DNA of 32,000 nucleotides from Alkalilimnicola ehrlichii MLHE-1 (GTDB taxonomy: Bacteria; Pseudomonadota; Gammaproteobacteria; Nitrococcales; Halorhodospiraceae): assembly GCF_000014785.1 (NCBI RefSeq), contig NC_008340.1:2880001-2912000 (forward strand), read 5' to 3'. Below the pieces are notes generated by a model. It was not told where the DNA came from. It saw only the letters and a list, made by a program, of their open reading frames with translations, and did no database searches. The position numbers were made by a program, and so were the translations under genes. Shown here piece by piece: positions 10,946 to 20,035 of the stretch (its first letter is position 1; the number at the start of each line of letters is the position of its first letter).

Positions 10946-11818
10946 ATGAGCGTACTTGTAGACAAGAACACGAAGGTCATCGTCCAGGGCTTCACCGGCA
11001 AGCAGGGCACCTTCCACGCCGAGCAGGCCATCGCCTACGGCACCAACGTGGTGGGTGGCGTGACCCCCGGTCGCGGCGGCCAAACCCACCTGGACCTCCC
11101 GGTGTTCAACACCGTGGAAGATGCCGTCCAGGAGACCGGCGCGGACGCCAGCATGATTTACGTGCCGGCCGCCTTTGCCGCGGACGCCATCCTGGAGGCC
11201 GCCGACGCCGGCATCAAGGTGATCGCTTGTATCACCGAGGGCATCCCGGTGCTGGACATGCTCAAGGTGAAGGCCGCCCTGGCGCAGTACGACGCCCGCC
11301 TGATCGGCCCCAACTGCCCGGGCGTCATCACCCCCGGCGAGTGCAAGATCGGCATCATGCCCGGTCACATCCACAAGGCCGGCTCCATCGGCATCGTCTC
11401 GCGCTCGGGCACCCTGACCTACGAGGCGGTCAAGCAGACCACCGACATCGGTCTGGGCCAGTCCACCTGCATCGGCATCGGTGGCGACCCGATCCACGGC
11501 ATGTCCTTCATCGACGCCCTGGAGCTTTTCCAGGCCGATCCGCAGACCAAGGGTATCGTCATGGTGGGTGAGATCGGCGGCACCGCCGAGGAGGAGGCCG
11601 CCGAGTACATCCAGCAGAACGTGGACAAACCGGTGGTGGCCTACATCGCCGGGGTCACCGCACCTCCCGGCAAGCGCATGGGCCACGCCGGTGCCATCAT
11701 CGCCGGCGGCAAGGGCACTGCGGACGACAAGTTCGCCGCCCTGGAGAGCGCCGGGGTCGCCACCGTGCGCTCCCCGGCCGAGATCGGCCAGAAGCTGAAC
11801 GAACTGTTCAGCGGCTGA
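10946..11818 (+). CDS. sucD: succinyl-CoA synthetase subunit alpha
   Basis: 290 aa: [14 protein letters not shown]...[10 protein letters not shown]...GIGGDP...MGHAGAII (phosphohistidine loop). Confidence 0.97.
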   Translation: MSVLVDKNTKVIVQGFTGKQGTFHAEQAIAYGTNVVGGVTPGRGGQTHLDLPVFNTVEDAVQETGADASMIYVPAAFAADAILEAADAGIKVIACITEGIPVLDMLKVKAALAQYDARLIGPNCPGVITPGECKIGIMPGHIHKAGSIGIVSRSGTLTYEAVKQTTDIGLGQSTCIGIGGDPIHGMSFIDALELFQADPQTKGIVMVGEIGGTAEEEAAEYIQQNVDKPVVAYIAGVTAPPGKRMGHAGAIIAGGKGTADDKFAALESAGVATVRSPAEIGQKLNELFSG

Positions 11819-11926
11819 GCCCCGCCGCGCGATGGCCCACGCCATTGCCGGCAGCCGAACGGCCCGCACCCGCACGACGGGGCGGGCCGTTCGCACGTCC
11901 GGCCACCAACCCAGGAGAACCGCGAC

Positions 11927-13552
11927 ATGAGCCTGCGCGTCACCATGGCCCAACTGACCTGCCCGGTGGGCGACATCGAAGGCAATACCCGCCGCATCGT
12001 CGGGGCCATCGAGACCGCCCGCGACAGGGAGGGCGCTCAACTGGTCGTCTTCCCCGAGCTGGCCGTCACCGGCTACCCGCCGGACGACCTGCTGCTGCGA
12101 GACGACTTCACCCGGGCCGCGGAGAACGCACTGCAGGCCATCCAGGCCGCCAGTCGGGGTGTCACCGCCGTGGTCGGCGTGCCGTTGCGCGATCGCCGTG
12201 GACTGCACAACGCCGCCGTGGTGGTCCAGGACGGCCGGGTGATCGCGCGTTACGCCAAACGGGAACTGCCCACCTACAGTGTGTTCGACGACAGCCGCCA
12301 CTTCGTCGCCGGCGACAGCCCCTGTGTGGTCGACGTGGCCGGCACCCGGGTGGGGCTCAGCATCTGCGAGGACATCTGGTGGCCGACACCGGCCCGCGAG
12401 GCGGTGGCCGCCGGGGCCGAGTTCGTGGTCAACCTCAATGCCTCGCCCTTCCACCGGCGCAAGCAGGCGGAACGCGAGGCGGTCCTGCGCGAGCGCGCGC
12501 TGGACACCCACCGCCCCCTGCTCTACGTGAACATGGTCGGCGGCCACGACGAGGTGGTCTATGACGGTGGCTCGCTGGCCGTGGATGCCGGCGGCACCGT
12601 CCAGGCGCGCGCCCCCCGCTTCCGAAGCGGGCTCTGCACCGTGGAGGTGGACACGGATCACGGCAATGTCAACGGCGAGCAGAGCACCCAGCCCTCGGAG
12701 GAGGGGGCCGTGTACCAGGCGCTGGTCACCGGTCTGCGTGACTACGTGCAGCGCAACGGCTTCCCCGGCGTAGTCCTGGGGCTGTCCGGGGGGATCGACT
12801 CGGCCGTTGCTGCGGCAGTGGCCGTGGATGCCCTCGGCGCCGACCGGGTCCAGGCGGTGATGATGCCCAGCCGCTATACCGCGCCCATGAGCTTGGACGA
12901 TGCCCAGGCCATCGCCCGCATGCTGGGCATTCGCTACCAGACCACCTCCATCGAGCCCATCTTCCAGAGCTTTCTCAGCAGCCTGGCCCCCAGTTTCGAG
13001 GGGCTGGACCCGGACGTGACCGAAGAGAACCTGCAATCGCGCATCCGCGGCACCCTGCTCATGGCGCTGTCCAACAAGACCGGGCGCATGGTGCTGGCCT
13101 GCGGCAACAAGAGCGAACTGGCCGTCGGCTACGCCACGCTCTACGGCGATATGTGCGGCGGCTATGCACCGCTCAAGGATGTCTACAAGACCGAGGTCTA
13201 CCGGCTGGCCCGCTACCGCCAGAGCCTCAAACCGGCATTCCCCGACAACATCTTCTCACGCCCACCGACCGCCGAACTGGCGGCGGGCCAGAAGGACGAG
13301 GACAGCCTGCCACCCTATCCGGTGCTGGACGATATACTGGAGAGGTACGTGGAGCACGACGAGAGCGAGGCACTGATCGTCGCCGCCGGCCATGAACCGG
13401 CCACCGTGGCCCAGGTCACCCGGCTGCTGCGGCGCAACGAGTACAAGCGGCGCCAATCCGCCCCCGGCCCCAAGGTAACCCCCCGGGCCTTCGGGCGCGA
13501 CCGCCGCTATCCCATCAGCTCAGGTTGGCCGGGCGTACCGGTAACCTCCTGA
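11927..13552 (+). CDS. nadE: glutamine-dependent NAD+ synthetase
   Basis: 541 aa. N-terminal CN-hydrolase domain (VVFPELAVTGY...ICEDIW) plus a C-terminal synthetase domain with the P-loop GLSGGIDSAV. AGGAGAA lies upstream. Confidence 0.93.
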   Translation: MSLRVTMAQLTCPVGDIEGNTRRIVGAIETARDREGAQLVVFPELAVTGYPPDDLLLRDDFTRAAENALQAIQAASRGVTAVVGVPLRDRRGLHNAAVVVQDGRVIARYAKRELPTYSVFDDSRHFVAGDSPCVVDVAGTRVGLSICEDIWWPTPAREAVAAGAEFVVNLNASPFHRRKQAEREAVLRERALDTHRPLLYVNMVGGHDEVVYDGGSLAVDAGGTVQARAPRFRSGLCTVEVDTDHGNVNGEQSTQPSEEGAVYQALVTGLRDYVQRNGFPGVVLGLSGGIDSAVAAAVAVDALGADRVQAVMMPSRYTAPMSLDDAQAIARMLGIRYQTTSIEPIFQSFLSSLAPSFEGLDPDVTEENLQSRIRGTLLMALSNKTGRMVLACGNKSELAVGYATLYGDMCGGYAPLKDVYKTEVYRLARYRQSLKPAFPDNIFSRPPTAELAAGQKDEDSLPPYPVLDDILERYVEHDESEALIVAAGHEPATVAQVTRLLRRNEYKRRQSAPGPKVTPRAFGRDRRYPISSGWPGVPVTS

Positions 13553-14017
<465 letters not shown>

Positions 14018-14027
14018 GCCCCGCCGA

Positions 14028-14056
14028 GCGGGCCGGGACGCCGGGGCCCGGCCCGC
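14028..14056. terminator. GC hairpin between convergent glnB and bamD
   Basis: gcgggccggg (14028-14037) pairs perfectly with cccggcccgc (14047-14056) across a 9-nt loop. No T-tract. Confidence 0.35.
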
Positions 14057-14077
14057 GGCATCACCGGCCCCGTCCCG

Positions 14078-14842
14078 TCATTGGGCGGCCAACGGGTGGC
14101 CGGGGAAGTTCTCGCCGATCACCCGGCGCACGTCCTGCTGCAGGTCCGCCAGCTCTAGCATCCCGTAGGCCTCCACCAGCACCTCCAGGGCGTCCTCCAC
14201 CGCTCCGGTGCCCTGGTACTCCTGGAGCACCGTGCGGGCACGGCCCACCGCCGCCACCGGCGCATCCCGCCGGAGGTAGAAGCGCGCCACGTAGATCTCG
14301 TGCCGCGCCAGCAGGTCGCGGATCTCCTGCATCCGCTCTCGGGCGTCGTCCACGTATTCGCTGTCCGGATGGCGCTGGATCAGCTCCCGGAAATCCACAA
14401 AGGCGCGACGCAACGGTTGCGGGTCGCGCAGACTGCGGTCGAGATTGAAAACCCGGGTGAAGAACTCATCGCCAACGCCCGCGTTCGCCAGCCCACGCAT
14501 GTACCGGGCGTACGCCACGTTCGGGTCGCGGGGATAGAGCCGCATGAAGCGGTCGGCGGCGGCGATGGTCGATTCCAGCTCACCGGCCTGGTAATAGGCG
14601 TAGATGATATCCAGCTGCGCCTGGGTGGCGAAGGGCCCAAAGGGGAAGCGCCCCTGGAGGCGTTCCAGCGTCTCCACGGCCATGGTGTAGTTGCCATTCT
14701 CCAGCTGGCGCCGCGCCTGCTGATAGAGTTCCTCCGCGGTGGCCTGCTCCTCCTGGCGCTCCGGACCGTTGGAGGAACAGCCGCCGGCCAGCAACAGCGG
14801 CACGATCAGGAGCAGCGACCACAGCCAGGGCTTGCGCGACAT
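14078..14842 (-). CDS. bamD: outer membrane protein assembly factor BamD (lipoprotein)
   Basis: 254 aa from ATG 14842. Lipobox LLLAGGC and TPR-like repeats (AEELYQQARRQLENGNYTMAVETLERLQGRFPFGPFATQAQLDIIYAYYQ). Divergent from rluD, as in E. coli and Pseudomonas. Confidence 0.9.
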   Translation of the reverse strand: MSRKPWLWSLLLIVPLLLAGGCSSNGPERQEEQATAEELYQQARRQLENGNYTMAVETLERLQGRFPFGPFATQAQLDIIYAYYQAGELESTIAAADRFMRLYPRDPNVAYARYMRGLANAGVGDEFFTRVFNLDRSLRDPQPLRRAFVDFRELIQRHPDSEYVDDARERMQEIRDLLARHEIYVARFYLRRDAPVAAVGRARTVLQEYQGTGAVEDALEVLVEAYGMLELADLQQDVRRVIGENFPGHPLAAQ

Positions 14843-14912
14843 AGGGGACCTCAATCTGACATTCTGCGGGAAAGCGCTTATTCTACGCGCCTGCGCGCAG
14901 CGGAACAGCACC

Positions 14913-15854
14913 ATGGGCACTCGCATAGAACACGACATCCTCATCGACGAGCAGCAGACCGGTCAGCGGCTGGACCAGGCCTTGGCCGCCCTGCTGCCGG
15001 ACTACTCCCGCAGCCGTATCCAGCAGTGGATCCGCGAGGGGGCGGTCCGGCTGGAGGGCACCGCCCCCCGGCCGCGGGACAAAGTCGCTGCCGGGCAACA
15101 GGTCACGATACGGGCCGAACTGGAGGAAGAGCAACGGGTCAGTGCCGAGCCGATCCCCCTGCGCATCCAGTACGAGGACCGCCACCTGTTGGTCATAGAC
15201 AAGCCCGCGGGCCTGGTGGTTCACCCCGGGGCCGGCAACCGCGAGGGCACCCTGCAGAACGCCCTGCTCCACCACGACCCGCAACTGGCCGAGCTGCCGC
15301 GGTCCGGCATCGTACACCGGCTCGACAAGGACACCTCCGGGCTGATGGTGGTGGCGCGCAGCCTGGCCGCCCACACCGCCCTGGTGGCCCAGCTGCAGGC
15401 CCGCAGCGTCCGGCGCGAATACCTGGCGCTGGTGAACGGCTGTCCGGTGGCCGGCGGTACCGTGGAGGCCCCCATCGGTCGCCACCCGCGGGACCGCAAA
15501 CGCATGGCGGTGGTCGAGCGCGGGCGCCCGGCCACCACCCACTACCGGGTGGAGGAGCGCCTGGCCGCCCACACCCTCCTGCGCTGCTTTCTCGAGACCG
15601 GACGCACGCACCAGATCCGGGTGCACATGGCCCATGCCGGCTACCCGCTGGTGGGCGATCCCGTCTACGGCGGGCGGCTGCGGCTGCCGCCGCGGGCCAC
15701 CGAGGCGCAGCGCCAGGCCCTGCGCGCCTTCCAGCGCCAGGCCCTGCACGCCGCCCGACTGGCCCTGGACCACCCAGAGAGCGGCGAGCGCCTGAGCTGG
15801 GAGGCCCCCCTGCCCGAAGACATGGCCGCGCTGCTGGCCTGTCTGCGGTCCTGA
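14913..15854 (+). CDS. rluD: 23S rRNA pseudouridine(1911/1915/1917) synthase RluD
   Basis: 313 aa from ATG 14913. S4 domain (GQRLDQALAALLPDYSRSRIQQWI), catalytic HRLDKDTSGLMVVA, and THQIRVH near the C-terminus. Confidence 0.92.
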   Translation: MGTRIEHDILIDEQQTGQRLDQALAALLPDYSRSRIQQWIREGAVRLEGTAPRPRDKVAAGQQVTIRAELEEEQRVSAEPIPLRIQYEDRHLLVIDKPAGLVVHPGAGNREGTLQNALLHHDPQLAELPRSGIVHRLDKDTSGLMVVARSLAAHTALVAQLQARSVRREYLALVNGCPVAGGTVEAPIGRHPRDRKRMAVVERGRPATTHYRVEERLAAHTLLRCFLETGRTHQIRVHMAHAGYPLVGDPVYGGRLRLPPRATEAQRQALRAFQRQALHAARLALDHPESGERLSWEAPLPEDMAALLACLRS

Positions 15855-15908
15855 CACCCCCGGTGCCGGTGCTTCCCGCCGCGGGCACAACCACGCTACG
15901 CTTGGGGC

Positions 15909-17009
15909 ATGGACGCACTCACCGCGAAGACCGCGTTGGAGAAGGGTAAGGCCAGTCGGCACGAGTTCGAGGGCCTGCACTACATCCGGCTGCACGACAG
16001 CGTGGCCCGGCTGCCCAAGGGCAGCGTGCGACTCGACGATGGCACCGTCGTCCCGGGCTACCCCTCCATCGGCCGCATCCAGGCCCTGGGCCCCGGTCTG
16101 GCGAAGCAATACGGTGATGAGCTCTTCTGGGCGGAAGAGAAGATCGATGGCTTCAACATCCGCATCCTCGCCCACCAGGGCCGGCTGCTGGCCTTCAGCC
16201 GCGGCGGGTATCTCTGCCCGTTCAGCACCGACCGCGTTCCCGAGCTGCTTGACCCCACCCTGTTCGACGACCACCCGGGGCTGATCCTGTGTGCCGAGTT
16301 GGCAGGGCCGGAGAACCCCTACATGGAAGGCAGCCCGCCCCACGTCACCGAGGACGTGGCCCTGTTCGTCTTCGACATCCGGCGCGCCGGTGCCAACGGC
16401 TTCCTCCCGCAGGAGGAGAAGCTGGCCCTGGCCGAGCGCTACCGGCTGCCCCTGGCCCGGGTCTTTGGTCGCTACCGGGCCGACGACCAGCAGGCGCTGC
16501 ACGCCTTGATCCTGGAACTGGATGAGGCCGGCTGTGAAGGCCTGGTGTTCAAGGGCGAGACACGCGGGGCACGCAGCAAGTACGTCACCGCCCGGTCCAA
16601 TATCACCGATATCGCCCTGGTCAGCGACGCCCTGCTCGACCTGCCACCGGAGTACTTCACCCACCGCCTGATGCGCTTGGCGCTGTTCGAGAGTGAGCAC
16701 CGCGGCGACGACACGGCGCTGGAACAGGAGCTGGGCCGGGCCCTGCTCCGGGGCCTCGGCCGGGCGGTGGAGCGCAGCCGCAGCGTGGGCCGGGTCGGTC
16801 ACCGCTACCGCTGCCGATTCCGCGAGAAGCGCAACCTGGAGCACTTCGTCGCCCACCTGGAGGCCACCGGCGGCCCGCAGCACGTCAAGATCCTCTACCA
16901 GCCCACGCACCAGGAGGACGGCTACTGGGTGCTGGAGTTTGAGCGCGTGCTGCCGCGGATGACCGGTACCCTGGCCCACAGCCTTTCCGGCGGCGCCCAG
17001 TTCGACTGA
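15909..17009 (+). CDS. ATP-dependent RNA ligase, archaeal Rnl3 (Pab1020/MthRnl)-like
   Basis: 366 aa. Nucleotidyltransferase motifs occur in order: I WAEEK78IDGFNIR (AAG 16140-16142), III ILCAELAG, IIIa LFVFDI, IV CEGLVFKG, V RSKYVT. A ~130-aa C-terminal domain follows, as in the homodimeric archaeal enzymes. Confidence 0.8.
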   Translation: MDALTAKTALEKGKASRHEFEGLHYIRLHDSVARLPKGSVRLDDGTVVPGYPSIGRIQALGPGLAKQYGDELFWAEEKIDGFNIRILAHQGRLLAFSRGGYLCPFSTDRVPELLDPTLFDDHPGLILCAELAGPENPYMEGSPPHVTEDVALFVFDIRRAGANGFLPQEEKLALAERYRLPLARVFGRYRADDQQALHALILELDEAGCEGLVFKGETRGARSKYVTARSNITDIALVSDALLDLPPEYFTHRLMRLALFESEHRGDDTALEQELGRALLRGLGRAVERSRSVGRVGHRYRCRFREKRNLEHFVAHLEATGGPQHVKILYQPTHQEDGYWVLEFERVLPRMTGTLAHSLSGGAQFD

Positions 17010-17031
17010 CGGCCTACCCCGCCCCGGCGCG

Positions 17032-18348
17032 CTAGGCGCGCTGCACCCAATCCACGATGCGCTCCATCCCGGCCACGACGTTGGGACAGCAATGTTCGAG
17101 GAACTCCTCGGAGAGCTTGCCCGCCGGTTCCGCCGACGCCGCAGTGAGCACCCGGGCGCCGTCGAAGTCCACATAGGCGAGCCGGGCCGACAGTTCCGCC
17201 TCGGGCCGCCCGAACGCACTGCCCGGTAGCAGCGCCACGCCGGTCTCCTGCAGCAGCCGGTTGCAGAGCGCCGGCGCGGTGTGGATGCCGCGCGCCACCA
17301 GCCGCTCGCGCTGTGGGCTGAAGTCGGGGAACAGGTAGAACCCGCCAACCGGACGGGGCGTGGACAGGCCCGCCTGATCGAGGCGCCGCCAGCAGTACCG
17401 GCCCAGTGCCTGCAACACGCGCCGGGACTGCTGCAGGTATTGTTCGATCTCCAGGCCGCCCTGGAAGGCGCGCACCGCCGCATACTGGATCGGAGAGCTG
17501 GTGGAGGTGTAGGTCTCGCTGGCCACCACCGCCATGGCCTCCAGCAACCAGTGCAGCCCGCGGGGGAAGGCGAAGGTACCCAGCCGCCACCCCCCCGCCC
17601 CGCACCACTTGCTCAACCCGCTGCTGATGATGGTGCCCTCCGGGTAGAAGCGCGCCACCGAGACATGCTGGCCCCGGTGGTGCAGCTCGCTGTAGATCTC
17701 GTCCGAGAGCAGGACCACCCGGTACTTGCGGGCGACCCGGGCCAGCCCCCGCAGCTCGTCCGCGGTATAGCTCTCGCCGGTGGGGTTGTTCGGGTAGTTG
17801 AGGATCAGGATGCGGGGCCGGGAGGGATCCTCCGCACAGAGCTTCTCCAACTCCTCGGGCAGCAGGCGCCAGTCGTTCTCGTAGCGGGTCTGCACCCAGC
17901 GGATCTGCCGGCCGATGATGTGGGCCTGGGGGGCGTAGGAGACCCAACTGGGGGTGGGAATGACCAGGTCGCCGTAGTAGACCAACTGCAGGATGAACAT
18001 CAGCTCCTTGGAGCCCGGACCGATCAGCACATCCTCGGCCGACAGCTCCACGCCCTGGCTGCGCCGGTGGTACTCGGCCACCGCCTCGCGCAGGTTGCGC
18101 AGGCCCTCCACCGGCAGGTAGTCCTTCTGGTGGGCATTGGCCTTGAGCTCGGCCTCCACCGGCCCCGGGACCGGGAAGGGGGACTGGCCGAGACCGAAGC
18201 GGTAGACGTGGCGCCCCTGCGCGGCCAGGGCCGCGCTGCGCTCGTTGATGACGAGGGTGGCGGACTGGCCCAGCCCGCGGACGTTGAGATTAAGGTGGAT
18301 CTCCGGGGCGTGGTTGCGACGCCCGGGGTGGTTAGCGTATTGCGGCAC
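17032..18348 (-). CDS. PLP-dependent aminotransferase, class I/II fold
   Basis: 438 aa from GTG 18348 (AAGGGGGG upstream). ILILNYPNNPTG and the PLP-lysine block SSGLSKWCGAGGWRLG are present. Substrate specificity cannot be inferred. Confidence 0.85.
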   Translation of the reverse strand: MPQYANHPGRRNHAPEIHLNLNVRGLGQSATLVINERSAALAAQGRHVYRFGLGQSPFPVPGPVEAELKANAHQKDYLPVEGLRNLREAVAEYHRRSQGVELSAEDVLIGPGSKELMFILQLVYYGDLVIPTPSWVSYAPQAHIIGRQIRWVQTRYENDWRLLPEELEKLCAEDPSRPRILILNYPNNPTGESYTADELRGLARVARKYRVVLLSDEIYSELHHRGQHVSVARFYPEGTIISSGLSKWCGAGGWRLGTFAFPRGLHWLLEAMAVVASETYTSTSSPIQYAAVRAFQGGLEIEQYLQQSRRVLQALGRYCWRRLDQAGLSTPRPVGGFYLFPDFSPQRERLVARGIHTAPALCNRLLQETGVALLPGSAFGRPEAELSARLAYVDFDGARVLTAASAEPAGKLSEEFLEHCCPNVVAGMERIVDWVQRA

Positions 18349-18595
18349 AGCGATGCCCCCCTTGCTGACTGCGACCGGCGGACCGGCCGCTCACCATCAC
18401 CGGGCAGCGCATCGCCACGGCGAGCGCCCCCCTTTCCCCGAAGGTTAGCCGCTCCCGTCCGCCTGTCATGCCCACCCTTCCCGGACGGGAACCGGGCACA
18501 CTTCCTGCTACCGTTTTGGTTATCAGAAACGCGGCGTAGCCGGCCGCATGGGCCGGTGCGCCTCGTGGTCATGACAAAGATAAAGGGAGGCAGCT

Positions 18596-19378
18596 ATGAC
18601 CAGACCCCCCGTGGACGGGCTCCTGCTGGATATCGGCGGCGTGCTCTATCAAGGTGCAGAGGCCCTGCCCGGTGCACCGGAGGCGATGCAGCGCCTGCGC
18701 GCCAGCGGGCTGGCGCTGCGCTTCGCCACCAATACCAGTCGCACCACCCGCGCCGCCCTGGCCGAAAAGCTGGGCCGGCTGGGCTTTGACGTGGCGGCCG
18801 AGGAGATCTTCACCGCACCGCTCGCCGCGGTGCAGACCATCCGCGAGCGGGGCCTGCGGCCGCTGCTGCTGGTCCACCCGGATCTCGGCCCCGATCTCAC
18901 CGGCTTCCCCGATGGCCCACCCGACGCCGTGCTCATCGGCGACGCCGGTGAGCACTTCGATTACCGGGGCCTGAACCGGGCCTTCCGGCTGCTGATGGAG
19001 GGGGCACCGCTGCTCGCCCTGGCGCGCAACCGCTACTTCCGGGAGCAGGACGGGCTGTCGCTGGACGTGGGCCCCTTCGTGGCGGCGCTGGAGTATGCCA
19101 GCGGTGTGGCGGCGGAGGTCTACGGCAAACCCGCCCCGGGCTTTTTCCGGGAAGCGGCGGAGGCCCTAGGGGTGGCCCCGGAGCGGCTGCTGATGGTGGG
19201 TGATGACGTGGAATCGGACGTGATCGGCGCCCTGGACGCCGGCCTGCAGGCGGCCCTGGTGCGCACCGGCAAGTTCAGTCCGGAGGACGAAACCACCCTG
19301 GCCGACCGCGCCCCGGTGCTGGAGGACTTCCCGGCGCTGGTGGACTGGCTGCTCGGCGCCGGGGGCGAGAACGGCTAA
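18596..19378 (+). CDS. HAD-IIA family phosphatase, LHPP-like (TIGR01458-like)
   Basis: 260 aa (AAGGGAGG upstream). It is collinear with human LHPP as I remember it: LLLDIGGVLY / VLLDISGVLY, RERGLRPLLLVH / KERGLRPYLLIH, DAGEHFDY / DAGESFSY, LSLDVGPF..ALEYA, GKPAPGFF, MVGDDVESDV, LVRTGKF. Motif I is D-x-G rather than D-x-D. Confidence 0.8.
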   Translation: MTRPPVDGLLLDIGGVLYQGAEALPGAPEAMQRLRASGLALRFATNTSRTTRAALAEKLGRLGFDVAAEEIFTAPLAAVQTIRERGLRPLLLVHPDLGPDLTGFPDGPPDAVLIGDAGEHFDYRGLNRAFRLLMEGAPLLALARNRYFREQDGLSLDVGPFVAALEYASGVAAEVYGKPAPGFFREAAEALGVAPERLLMVGDDVESDVIGALDAGLQAALVRTGKFSPEDETTLADRAPVLEDFPALVDWLLGAGGENG

Positions 19379-19953
19379 TGGCCGGCACCCAGGTTCTCCA
19401 TCACCTGGCGCAGATAGTCCGCGGTGAGCAGCTTCACGCCCATCCGATTGCCCAACTTGCGCATGCCCTCGTCGGCGCTGACCAGCTCGGCGTCCAGCTC
19501 CATGGCCAGCAGCACCGCGTCCACGTCCTCGCGGGAGTCCACCAGCCCCTTGCGCATGGCCTCCCGGTAGCGCTCGCGCAGGCTGGCGATCAGCTCCGGA
19601 CGCATGTCGGTGGCCGCCCCCGCCTGGCGAGTGTGCTCCTCGGCGATCCGCAGCCCGCGGTCGATGCGGCCGCGCAGCTCGTGGATGAACTCGTAGAGGA
19701 TCTCCGCCGGGATGGTCATGCTGAACCGGCGCGGTGAACGGACCCAGACATCGGTCTCGAAGTCCGCCGCCATCTCCGCCAGGTCCCGCATGCGCCGGAA
19801 CTCGTCATAGACCGACAGCGGCATGTAGAACTCCGCTGGACAGCGCCGGGCCAGGTGCAGGAAGGTCTGCACCCCGGCCAGCGGGTCCTCGCCGAACTGC
19901 ACGGCGCAGTGGGGGTTGGTGAAAACGCTGGTGTCCAGCACGAATCGGCGCAT
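19375..19953 (-). CDS. PIN-like 'RNA ligase partner' protein (MJ_0950 / UPF0278 family-like)
   Basis: 192 aa from ATG 19953 (GGGAG upstream). MRRFVLDTSVFTNP is a PIN-type first acidic motif. The middle is helical (PAEILYEFIHELRGRIDRGLRIAEE). C-terminal DVDAVLLAMELDAELVSADEGM carries further acidic residues. The family call is from memory of archaeal MJ_0950 homologues. 4-nt convergent stop overlap with the HAD gene. Confidence 0.7.
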   Translation of the reverse strand: MRRFVLDTSVFTNPHCAVQFGEDPLAGVQTFLHLARRCPAEFYMPLSVYDEFRRMRDLAEMAADFETDVWVRSPRRFSMTIPAEILYEFIHELRGRIDRGLRIAEEHTRQAGAATDMRPELIASLRERYREAMRKGLVDSREDVDAVLLAMELDAELVSADEGMRKLGNRMGVKLLTADYLRQVMENLGAGH

Positions 19954-20035
19954 GGTGGCACTCCCTGTGATCCTTACCCTGATGATCCGCCGCGCCGCCG
20001 GCCGGGTCAATCCGTGCCGCGGCGCTGTCGCTGCC

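Noticed and set aside
11857-11892. Hairpin gaacggcccgc-N14-gcgggccgttc after sucD as a terminator
   Set aside because: It has an 11-bp stem but a large 14-nt loop and no T-tract, so it may be only a weak or Rho-assisted site. It is not confident enough to list as a feature.
14883-17483. 866-aa minus-strand ORF, with the overlapping 549-aa plus-strand ORF 14300-15949
   Set aside because: They are antisense or alternate-frame to bamD, rluD, the RNA ligase and the aminotransferase. Composition is Arg/Pro/Gly/Ala low complexity with no motifs.
18349-18595. 247-nt G-rich divergent region between the aminotransferase and the HAD gene, with hairpins cccgtccg...cggacggg and gccggcc...ggccggt; considered as a riboswitch leader
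   Set aside because: I could not match it to any riboswitch consensus I know (SAM, B12, TPP, glycine, c-di-GMP). A cmsearch against Rfam would be needed. It is left as unassigned promoter/leader DNA.
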